Source: Macrostomum lignano
Taxonomy: Eukaryota
DNA length: 64,000 bases
Direction of reading: 5' to 3'
Assembly (NCBI GenBank): GCA_002269645.1
Contig: NIVC01001378.1
Location: 186,001 to 250,000, forward strand
The notes under the pieces were generated by a model. That model had not been told where the DNA came from. It saw nothing but the letters and a program-made list of their open reading frames with translations, and searched no databases. Both the position numbers and the translations under genes were made by a program. Below, in pieces: positions 48,901 through 57,513 of the stretch; position 1 is the first letter of the stretch, and each line of letters opens with the position of its first letter.

Positions 48901-51900
48901 TTTGCAGGGCAGATTAGCCCGAAACACGCCGGATTCCAATGCTTCCACGTGACCGCCAACGTAAGTCTCCTGATCTAGCACGTGACCATCCGGTGTAAGC
49001 TTATTTAACTGAGCCTCCTGTTTATTAGGATAAACAATATTAGCGTGATACGCCTCGACCATGAGTAGAGCTTCGCAAAGCGTACCGGAACCTTTTCTAA
49101 GCACTTCGTCAGGTTCCATTGGTATAATAGTGCACAGGGCGAAAATGAACGGGTGCACGTATTTCATGTACAAATAGTACGTTGCCACAGCGTCAGACAC
49201 TGAGTAATTGGCTAGCTGGCGAGGGTCTTCGGCTGCCATGCGGCACATGTCTTCTGGGTCGATTTCTACGGGATTGTATCTGTTGAGGAAATGTGACGTC
49301 GCGTTTTTGCTTAATTTTATTTAATTGAGGAATCCTCAGTTTTAAATAATTTTTATCCTAATCCCTAAAAGCGATCCTAGTCTCAGTCTCTTAATCTCAG
49401 TTTTCTGATCCTCTTCACAAAATCTTCCTAATCCCAGTCTCTCAATTCACTTTATTATCATAATCTCCAAAAACCTCCCTAATCCCAAACTCTAAAAGCC
49501 TTCCTATCCAAATCCCTAAAAGCCTTCCTAATCTCAATCTGCAAAAGCCTTCCTAATCCCAATCTCTAAAAGCCTTCCTAATCCCAATCTCTAAAAGCCT
49601 TTCTAATCCCAATCTCTAAAAGCCTTTCTAATCCCAATCTCTAAAAGCCTTTCTAATCCCAATCTCTAAAAGCCTTCCTAATCCAAATCTCTAAAAGCCT
49701 TCCTAATCCAAATCTCAAACTGCCTTCCTAATCCTAATCCCTAGAAGACTTCCTAATCCCAATCTCTAAAAGCCTTCCTAATCCAAATCTCAAACTGCCT
49801 TCTTAATCCTAATCTCTAAAAGCCTTCCTAATCTCAATCTCAAAAAGCCTTCCTAATCCAAATCTCTAAAAGCCTTCCTAATCCCAATCTCTAAAGCCTT
49901 CCTAATCCCAATCTCTAAAGCCTTCCTAATCCCAATCTCTAAAAGCCTTCCTAATCCCAATCTCTAAAAGCCTTTCTAATCCCAATCTCTAAAAGCCTTT
50001 CTAATCCCAATCTCTAAAAGCCTTTTTAATCCCAATCTCTAAAAGCCTTCCTAATCCAAATCTCTAAAAGCCTTCCTAATCCAAATCTCAAACTGCCTTC
50101 CTAATCCTAATCTCTAGAAGACTTCCTAATCCCAATCTCTAAAAGCCTTCCTAATCCAAATCTCAAACTGCCTTCTTAATCCTAATCTCTAAAAGCCTTC
50201 CTAATCTCAATCTCAAAAAGCCTTCCTAATCCAAATCTCTAAAAGCCTTCCTAATCCAAATCTCTAAAAGCCTTCCTAATCCCAATCTCTAAAGCCTTCC
50301 TAATCCCAATCTCTAAAAGCCTTCCTAATCCAAATCTCTAAAAGCCTTCCTAATCCTAATCTCTAAAAGCCTTCCTAATCCCAATCTCTAAAAGCCTTCC
50401 TAATCCAAATCTCAAACTGCCTTCCTAATCCTAATCTCTAAAAGCCTTCCTAATCCCAATCTCTAAAAGCCTTCCTAATCCAAATCTCTAAAAGCCTTCC
50501 TAATCCAAATCTCTAAAAGCCTTCCTAATCTTAATCTCTAAAGCCTTCCTAATCCCGATCTCCAAAAGCCTTCCTAATCCCAATCTCAAAAAGCCTTTCT
50601 AATTCCAATCTCTAAAAGCCTTCCTAATCTCAATCTGCAAAAGCCTTCCTAATCCGAATCTTCAAAACAGATTCCTAATAAAAACGAGAGCAATGAACAA
50701 ACCTTAGCTTAGCCTTAGCCACAGCCTTCAATCCCTGACTGCCAACAGGCAGATAGCTGTCCCGCTTCACCCACTTCAAGCAGTCCATATGAATGGCCGG
50801 CCTACTCTTATATTCATTCTGATTGTCGCGAGCGAACCCGATTCTGTCCTGCATGTTGATGCCGTGCACCGAGGCTCGGGCTTCAACGAATGGCCAATCG
50901 AAAAAGTCGCCATTGTAGGTGACAAAAATTGTCGGCTGGCGCTCTACCACGTGATTGAAGAAGCGTTCGATAGTGGATTTCTGCGAATATATGAATAAGT
51001 TTTTTATTACCTCTATTAGCTTTATCTTACTGACACGAGTAGCCTACAAGAGTAGAATAAAAAAACCCAAAAGCCTCACCTCATCCGGCTCATTAAAAAC
51101 GGTGAACAGGCCTTCAAACTCCGGCCTGGGAGTGAACTCGAAATCTTCAACATCTTCGGCGATGATTTCTCGATTGCAAATTAGAAAGCCGTCGCCGTCG
51201 ATCATGTAGGAGATCATCATGATCTGGTCGGAGGCGGCGTCCGGGAACTTCAGAGGCAGTTTGGTTGTCTCAATGTCGTAGGCTAGCACCACGGGATCCT
51301 ATTTTAGGAGAGTGGAAAGGTGCAGTGCTAGATTCTCTAACTGATTCACACATCCATTTCGTCATAATGCACAAAGAAAACGTGGAAGTTATTGTCAAAA
51401 GTTAATATAAACTAACAGAATTAGCCACAGTTGAAATTCGAAGAATACAAATAAATAATACTCACTACTACTACTACTACTACTACTACCATGGCTACTA
51501 CTACTGCAACAACAAACAATTATTATTATAAGAAATTATCATTATTACTATTGTTATTACTAATACTCGTACTCCAACTAGTAGAATATTACTAAAACTA
51601 CTGCCCCTACTATTAACTAGCGGAATGGGCGGCGACACGGAAGACCCGGAACACCTTGCCCCTACTACTTTTACTATTTATAATTTAAGAACTGATTACA
51701 CCTGCCCTAAAGGGCTGTTCGGCTGTTCAGTCCCAGGACTGGGGGGTCGCCACACACCCTCAGTTACCCCAGCTAATACTGGCACTCATTTTACAGCTAG
51801 GTGAACTGAAGCAATGCAGAGTTAAGTGTCTTGCTCAAGGACACAAATTTTTCCGAGTGGGTCAAGAATCGAACCCCCGACTTTTCAGTCGTGAGTCCGA

Positions 51901-54900
51901 CGCTCTGACCACTTGGCTACAACTCTACTATTACTGTAGCTAATAATATCACTACTACTGCAATTGCTAACAATACTCACAGGCCTGTCGACTAGATCTT
52001 CCCTAGGCGTAATCTCTGGCACGGACGAGCCCCGGCAGCAGATTCGATACCAACTGCCGACAAAGATTTTCAAATCTATCGACACTCGCACGTGATAGGG
52101 TACGTCGTGTTCTCTGAAATCGGTAGGAAGTTTCGATGAATGATGAAGACGGAACTGAGTAGAGGCTTAACTTCAGTAAGAGCTGACACCCTCCCTTAGG
52201 TACTTTAGTAAGAGCTCCCCGCTTTCGCAGGTACTTTAGTAAGAGCTCCTCCCTCCCTCAGGTACTTTAGTAAGAGCTCCCACCTCCCTCAGGTACTTTA
52301 GTAAGAGCTCCTCCCTCCCTCAGGTACTTCAGTGAGAGCTCCTCCCTCAGGTACTTTAGCAAGAGCTCCCACCTCCCTCAGGTACTTTAGCAAGAGCTCC
52401 CACCTCCCTCAGGTACTTTAGCAAGAGCTCCCACCTCCCTCAGGTACTTTAACAAGAGCTCCTACCTCCCTCAGGTACTTTAGAAAGAGCTGCCCCTCAC
52501 TCAGGTACTTTAATAAGAGCTTCCAACCTCTAAAGTACTTCAATAGCGCCCCTACCTCAAATCGAGAATATTATCAGTCTGGTCAACAATCATATGAGTG
52601 TAGCCTGTCTCTGATTTGCTCTGATCGTGATGCTTCTCCATCTGATGCTGCTGCTGTTCGCCTGAGAAATGACTGGCCAGCATGCTAGTGTAGGCAGTCT
52701 TGGCGCTCTCCTTATCCCGATTGGACTTCACTTTGGGCAGGAGTTCGCGTTTCACTCGCATCAGATCGTCCACTGAGAAGAAGGCCAGTTTAATGTAGGT
52801 CTTCTTCAGGCCCGACAGGTGATTGGCTTGAATGGGGGGGGGGAGACGATAGAGTGTGAGATTAGTGGCTAGGGTTTGATTGAGCAACTGAGGATCTGGG
52901 AGGCTGGACCAGCAACTGAGGATCTGGGAGGCTGGACCAGCAACTGAGGATCTGGCAGGCTGGACCAGCAACTGAGGATCTGGCAGGCTGGCCTAGCAAC
53001 TGAGGATCTGGGAGGCTGGCCTAGCAACAGAGGATCTGGAAGGCTGGCCCAGCAACTGAGGATCTGGGAGGCTGGCCCAGTAACTAACACAAGGAGGCTG
53101 GCTCAGTAACTGAGGATCTGGGAGGCTGGCCCAGTAACTAACACTAGGAGGCTGGCTCAGTAACTGAGGATCTGGGTCCCTGGGAGGCTGGCGGCTGGCC
53201 CAGCAACTAACACTAGGAGGCTGGCTCAGCAACTGGGTATCTGGGAGGCTGGCCCGGCATCTGAGGATCTGGGAGGCTGGCCCAGCAATTGAGGATCTGG
53301 GAGGCTGGCCCAGCAACTGAGGATCTGGGAGGCTGGCCCAGTAATTGAGGATCTGGGAGGCTGGCCCAGCAATTGAGGATCTGGGAGGCTGGCCCAGAAA
53401 TTGAGGATCTGGGAGGCTGGCCCAGTAATTGAGGATCTGGGAGGCTGGCCCAGCAATTGAGGATCTGGGAGGCTGGCCCAGCAATTGAGGATCTGGGAGG
53501 CTGGCCCAGCAACTGAGGATCTGGGAGGCTGGCCCAGTAATTGAGGATCTGGGAGGCTGGCCCAGCAATTGAGGATCTGGGAGGCTGGCCCAGAAATTGA
53601 GGATCTGGGAGGCTGGCCCAGTAATTGAGGATCTGGGAGGCTGGCCCAGCAATTGAGGATCTGGGAGGCTGGCCCAGCAATTGAGGATCTGGGAGGCTGG
53701 CCCAGCAATTGAGGATCTGGGAGGCTGGCCCAGCAACTGAGGATCTGGGAGGCTGGCCCAGTAATTGAGGATCTGGGAGGCTGGCCCAGCAATTGAGGAT
53801 CTGGGAGGCTGGCCCAGAAATTGAGGATCTGGGAGGCTGGCCCAGTAATTGAGGATCTGGGAGGCTGGCCCAGCAATTGAGGATCTGGGAGGCTGGCCCA
53901 GCAATTGAGGATCTGGGAGGCTGGCCCAGCAATTGAGGATCTGGGAGGCTGGCCCAGAAATTGAGGATCTGGGAGGCTGGCCCAGTAATTGAGGATCTGG
54001 GAGGCTGGCCCAGCAATTGAGGATCTGGGAGGCTGGCCCAGCAATTGAGGATCTGGGAGGCTGGCCCAGCAACTGAGGATCTGGGAGGCTGGCAATACCC
54101 AAACAAACGATGATCTGGAGTGTTGAGGCGACATTTTTCTAAACCGAGGATTTACAGGCAACCTTAAACCAAAGTATACATATCAAATAGAAATGCACTG
54201 GCATACCAGTTCTAAATCTTCCTTTTCGAGCAGATCTAAGCTGGCAAACTTGCCAGAGTATTTCTTAGACAGATAGGACAGAACCTCGTGCTCGCAGCCG
54301 GATCGCACGGCCGCGTAGAAATACGGCCTATAGGGCATGGACACTTTGAATCTGCTGCCATCGTCGCGCAGGAAATAATAGTCCACCGCGCTCACTAGTC
54401 GCTTCTCTTCGTCGATAACGTCAGACTGGACAAAAATAAGAGAAATGAAAAATAGTGAGAGATGAGGAATTAACAGTGCAAAGTGAAAATGTTATATTAA
54501 GCATTGATTTTAAACTTACTGGATGCATATTAACCAGCCAACCAGTGTGCTCTCCGGGCTCTTTCAGCCCAACGAATCCATAGATTTCATCAATGGTTTC
54601 ATTGGCGCGAACTCGTCGAATCCTGCGCTCAGCGCCTTCATCTGTGGTTTGACTGTGTGTGTGTGGGGGGGGGGGCAAAAATAGGCTTTGCATTAAAGAC
54701 AAGTGAATACAAAAGACTAGATTAGATTATGAGAAATGCAATTTCTATCTCTCCTAAAGTAACATCTGCCTATTTTCAACGGCTATAGCTCCTAGATAGT
54801 ACTTGAAAAGAGAGGCATTAGGCCATTAAAAGTTACAGATATTATCTTTTTAAATGTACAGCATAGAAATAATGATTGGATAGGATTAAAACTTGCATTA

Positions 54901-57416
54901 GACTGGATAAGAATTGTAGTTTTTGCTAGGATATCAAGATTCTTAAATTATAGAAAAAGAATTTTTATAAATCAATAAATTTAAAATTATATACATACAT
55001 TTTACCATTGTAATTTTAATCTTATTTTACATTTCTAAAATGTAAGACCTTTTAATGAATTTTTTGTATTTGTAATCAGATCAGAAAAATAAGATCAAGT
55101 AAGATAATAAAACTTTTGATCTTGTCTAACTTCTATTTAGTACTTTTGCTCAAATTTTAGGCCTATTCCTACTGCACATAAGTGAATAAAAAATACATGG
55201 ATTTATATTCTAAGTATATGTGTACAAGCAACTTTTGATCCTAAAGAGCAAGAATCATAAGACTATATTTTATAACTAACCTAACTTGTTTCATTTTTCT
55301 AATTCCTTGAGGGATAAAAATAGGTTTTTACATAATTTAAATTTGATTCTTTAATCCACAAATTTGAAACATTCCAGCATGCAAGTGTGGCAATTACATT
55401 CTTTTTTTAAAAGATACTATTTATATAGACTGCTTTGTTCTAGACTTATTAATGACAATATATAATTTTCTACATATATATATATATATCTAGAAGATAT
55501 TTATATAACTCTTAAATAATATACAAAATTGTGATAGACCAATGGTAAATAGCAAAATTAACTACTTTTTCTCCATTTATTTCTCTAAATATAGGTTTTT
55601 TTGTATTAGAATAAAGTTATAAAGACAACAAGCAGTATATCAAAATAAGATTAACATACATGCCCAAAACCTGTCCAACCTGTCCGAACCGGACAAGTGA
55701 AATGGCCACCAGCCAAGGTAAGTCGCAAAATCAAAAATGGGAAAATGAAAAAAATTAAGGGAATAAAGAAAGGAAAAGAGAAAAGGAAAAGAGAGGAGGA
55801 AGAAGAGAGAGGAGAAAGAAGAGAGAAAAAGAGAAAGAGAAGAAAAGAGAACAGAGGAACTAAGTCGCAATCAGGAAGAACTAAGTTGTATGAAGATTAA
55901 TCTTTATTAACCTAGGTTAAATGTAAATAAGCAAATATTGTAGTGTTCTGCCAGCTATAGGATCCTATGGCAAATATGGTAAAATAGGTGCCTATGGCAG
56001 CTATGGATATGCCTATGGTAGCTAGCTGCTCTTATAGCTATGACTATGGAAATATGATAGTTGTTGTTACATTCTATAGATTCCCATAGCTGTAGTTATT
56101 AATTTATAATCTTACAAAGGCAATTGAGTGTTTCTTTTATTTTCTAACTTAATTTGCAGTTGTTTAAGCACTAGGTTATCTTCCTGATTTAAAATAATTT
56201 GTTTTCTAGACTTTTTTGTGAAACTTATGGCTATGGCTATAGGAACTACAGGAATATGGTAATATTAGGGTCTCTATAGCTATGGAATACAGAGAATTAG
56301 AATAACTCAAAGTTTTTTTTGAACTATAATGATGCAAGGTCTTCCAATATTAGGTTATAATGTTTGGTCCCCTTTCAAAAATTTTCTAGATCTACCTTGA
56401 TATTGCATATATGATTAAAATTAATATAAATAATATTATTTAAAAAATCTACATATTACTATATATTTTTTGTATAATTGTCATACAATAATTAATTTAG
56501 ACTAGCATATACATAATACAATTTTATAATTAAAAAGCAATTGAAAAATATACTGATTTGATATGCATTAGATACTTGAATTTACTTAATTTTTATAATT
56601 AAATAATTAAAAAATATATTTTTTAGACCTAATATTTTGCTAATTAAGTTGAAAATGAAAGGATACAAAATAAAATATGCTATATTCTAAGTTTTTATGA
56701 TTGCAAAAATATTTTAATTTAATTTTATGTTTACATAAACAAAATATTTAATGAACTATTGCTTTGTCAATAATGACATACTGCTTATTATTGTATAGAC
56801 TTATATTTTCCTTGGCTTGGTATAGTGGTACATAATATACAAAATATTTTCTTCTGTAATATACCAACTTGGTGTTATTCTAAGCCCTCTCCCTATGTTT
56901 TAACTATGTTATTCTGGGCTATAAACCATAAAGAATAGACTATTTTTAATATAACATTGGAAATATGAATTGTATTAAATAAATAATGAACAACAATAGA
57001 AGCCTTGTTTATAAGCAATAATAATATAAAATAATTTAAAGAATTAATACTAGTGAGTATTATTCATTCACCAAAGAAACAAGCTTCTCTTAAAGGATCA
57101 CAAATAAATTGGATAAATCTCAGGAATGTTGCTGGAATCAAAACATTATGTATTGGAGACGTGTAACTTTTTATTGAATATTTAGGCCTAGTTTTGCTAG
57201 GCCTATGCAGGAAAATGATTGGTTGAACTTGAAAACCATTCAGGCATTCATTGCCTTTATTGGAACTAGGCCTACATGTAATTCAAATGTAAGCCAAACA
57301 ATATTTTAGTTTTATATGCTCCTAAAAACAATTAAGAAACCAACTTTCTTAGGCAAAACGTTTACTTACCCATCTGACTTGGAATTGTCAGATTTTTCAA
57401 ACTTTTGACGTTTCAT
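27735..57416 (-). CDS. POLE: DNA polymerase epsilon catalytic subunit A, 21 exons, ~2375 aa; model needs two 1-nt insertions
   Basis: Exons (high to low): 57416-57370, 54652-54520, 54425-54207, ~52827-52556, 52113-51981, 51298-51080, 50980-50703, 49279-48874, 48112-47505, 45452-45131, 44104-43335, 42319-41873, 40506-39997, 36867-36226, 35288-34953, 33943-33611, 32936-32643, 31268-30999, 30365-30129, 29231-28840, 27993-27735. Motifs: Exo[17 protein letters not shown], Exo[11 protein letters not shown], ExoIII YSVSDA, motif [14 protein letters not shown], motif [15 protein letters not shown], motif C LELDTDG, CysX CAAC...C...ICQREN, CysA CHRC...CPRC, CysB CSKC...CPC. Confidence 0.95.
28040..28820. 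repeat. ~28-bp intronic minisatellite ACAGACCGAATCCCAAAAATACCCCAAC
   Basis: POLE intron 20. Confidence 0.9.
28840..29231 (-). CDS. POLE: POLE exon 20 (CysA)
   Basis: [11 protein letters not shown]...[18 protein letters not shown]...WLCPRC. Confidence 0.9.
29340..29835. repeat. 17-19-bp minisatellite GGGG(G)ATGCTTGCTGTCT
   Basis: POLE intron 19. Confidence 0.92.
30129..30365 (-). CDS. POLE: POLE exon 19
   Basis: [12 protein letters not shown]; 5' boundary less certain. Confidence 0.8.
30411..30985. repeat. (GACA)n microsatellite
   Basis: POLE intron 18; a shorter (GACA)n tract lies at ~16920-16992. Confidence 0.95.
30999..31268 (-). CDS. POLE: POLE exon 18
   Basis: [13 protein letters not shown]...[12 protein letters not shown] + acidic loop. 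Confidence 0.88.
31400..32560. repeat. 45-bp intronic minisatellite carrying CAG|GTGAGC on the POLE sense strand
   Basis: POLE intron 17. Confidence 0.93.
32643..32936 (-). CDS. POLE: POLE exon 17
   Basis: [12 protein letters not shown]...[15 protein letters not shown]. Confidence 0.9.
33155..33550. repeat. 76-bp minisatellite, ~5 copies
   Basis: POLE intron 16; period of 76. Confidence 0.9.
33611..33943 (-). CDS. POLE: POLE exon 16
   Basis: VPIGNLP...NHLLWCS...[10 protein letters not shown]. Confidence 0.9.
34035..34915. repeat. 21/24-bp minisatellite GTGCTCAAGTGTGATAAAGCC
   Basis: POLE intron 15. Confidence 0.93.
34953..35288 (-). CDS. POLE: POLE exon 15
   Basis: [12 protein letters not shown]...YPLVPV...[14 protein letters not shown]. 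Confidence 0.88.
35385..36180. repeat. ~44-bp AT-rich minisatellite with GAATATTGGGGATAAATCAAT core
   Basis: POLE intron 14. Confidence 0.88.
36226..36867 (-). CDS. POLE: POLE exon 14
   Basis: VPRIFYVN...RTLPR...HLYEY...[12 protein letters not shown]. Confidence 0.9.
37005..39965. repeat. 30-bp minisatellite ATGAGGCTCTCTAATATCTCAAATCACAAT, split into 37005-37467 and 39788-39965 by the foldback element
   Basis: Same unit on both sides of the insertion. Confidence 0.9.
37468..39787. mobile_element. 2.3-kb non-autonomous Foldback/MULE-like element: inverted 14-mer arrays around a ~890-bp core, 9-bp TSD
   Basis: (GCTAGCCGAAATGT)n at ~37480-38090 and its reverse complement at ~38979-39780; GGG...CCC ends; CAAATCGCT at 37459-37467 and 39788-39796. 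Confidence 0.9.
39997..40506 (-). CDS. POLE: POLE exon 13
   Basis: WLRFHKRKW...[18 protein letters not shown]-like segment; GT-AG, phase 0. Confidence 0.88.
40750..41830. repeat. 21-bp minisatellite AATCTCTAATCCTAATCTGAG
   Basis: POLE intron 12. Confidence 0.95.
41873..42319 (-). CDS. POLE: POLE exon 12
   Basis: [15 protein letters not shown]...DWDYYIERL...[12 protein letters not shown]. Confidence 0.94.
42530..43245. repeat. 28-30-bp minisatellite GAACAAAGACTCATATGGAATGACTCCGTT
   Basis: POLE intron 11. Confidence 0.9.
43335..44104 (-). CDS. POLE: POLE exon 11 (motif C); internal 1-nt deficit at ~43490-43495
   Basis: ELDTDGIWC...LEDYG then [17 protein letters not shown]...LAIFQ in another frame; 770 nt between phase-0 sites. 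Confidence 0.93.
44140..45030. repeat. 22-bp minisatellite GGATTGGGGAATTGGGATTCTT
   Basis: POLE intron 10. Confidence 0.92.
45131..45452 (-). CDS. POLE: POLE exon 10 (motif B)
   Basis: [14 protein letters not shown]...[22 protein letters not shown]. Confidence 0.95.
45553..47440. repeat. 24-bp minisatellite GTGACACCCAATCTGAAGGTGAGA, ~78 copies
   Basis: POLE intron 9; highly homogeneous. Confidence 0.96.
47505..48112 (-). CDS. POLE: POLE exon 9 (motif A, CysX, P-domain)
   Basis: cag|DLIHSVE...[20 protein letters not shown]...VHVTR|gttagt. Confidence 0.94.
48225..48810. repeat. ~29-bp degenerate minisatellite GGCGGTAAACTACAAAGGAATCACTGTAA
   Basis: POLE intron 8. Confidence 0.87.
48874..49279 (-). 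CDS. POLE: POLE exon 8 (ExoIII)
   Basis: [11 protein letters not shown]...[13 protein letters not shown]...[13 protein letters not shown]. Confidence 0.95.
49480..50660. repeat. 25-bp minisatellite AATCTCTAAAAGCCTTCCTAATCCC
   Basis: POLE intron 7. Confidence 0.93.
50703..50980 (-). CDS. POLE: POLE exon 7 (ExoII)
   Basis: [11 protein letters not shown]...[16 protein letters not shown]. Confidence 0.95.
51080..51298 (-). CDS. POLE: POLE exon 6 (ExoI)
   Basis: [20 protein letters not shown]. Confidence 0.95.
51600..51925 (-). mobile_element. tRNA-derived SINE-like element
   Basis: Box A TAGCCAAGTGG (51919-51909), box B GGTTCGATTC (51875-51866), GTGTCCTTGAGCAAGACACTT (51844-51824), TAG/AGT-rich simple tail toward 51466. 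Confidence 0.7.
51981..52113 (-). CDS. POLE: POLE exon 5
   Basis: [22 protein letters not shown]. Confidence 0.92.
52185..52545. repeat. 31-bp minisatellite CTCCCACCTCCCTCAGGTACTTTAGCAAGAG
   Basis: POLE intron 4. Confidence 0.9.
52556..52827 (-). CDS. POLE: POLE exon 4 (acceptor/phase anomaly at its 5' edge)
   Basis: [15 protein letters not shown]...DNILDLR; nearest AG gives phase 1 while the upstream donor is phase 0. Confidence 0.88.
52885..54095. repeat. 28-bp minisatellite GAGGATCTGGGAGGCTGGCCCAGCAATT
   Basis: POLE intron 3. Confidence 0.94.
54207..54425 (-). CDS. POLE: POLE exon 3
   Basis: cag|[18 protein letters not shown]...KEDLEL|gtatgc. Confidence 0.92.
54520..54652 (-). CDS. POLE: POLE exon 2
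   Basis: [21 protein letters not shown]|gtaagt. Confidence 0.9.
57370..57416 (-). CDS. POLE: POLE probable first coding exon ([16 protein letters not shown])
   Basis: ATG...GAT GG|gtaagt; perfect donor whose phase 2 matches the acceptor at 54653; no homology support in this region. Confidence 0.6.
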
Positions 57417-57479
57417 TCCAGAGCGTCAAAACAGCTGGATGTTTAATTTTGCATATGTCAACCAAAATTATTTTAGATA

Positions 57480-57513
57480 GACGATTGGTGGCTACAGGAC
57501 GATTGGTGGCTAC
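57480..57513 (-). promoter_or_regulatory. Tandem CCAAT-box pair upstream of the POLE ATG
   Basis: 16-bp direct repeat GACGATTGGTGGCTAC at 57480-57495 and 57498-57513 (CCAAT on - strand). Confidence 0.4.

Noticed and set aside
51855-51925. Functional tRNA gene
   Set aside because: The anticodon stem pairs poorly, no 3' acceptor arm is evident, and the sequence continues into a SINE-like body.
1632-54161. Many long repetitive ORFs (e.g. [40 protein letters not shown] repeats)
   Set aside because: They are translations of intronic minisatellites, are open on several frames or strands, and lie inside GT-AG introns of myosin or POLE.
55697-55900. Lys/Glu/Arg-rich ORF
   Set aside because: Low-complexity purine tract inside POLE intron 1 on the opposite strand, with no supporting splice structure.
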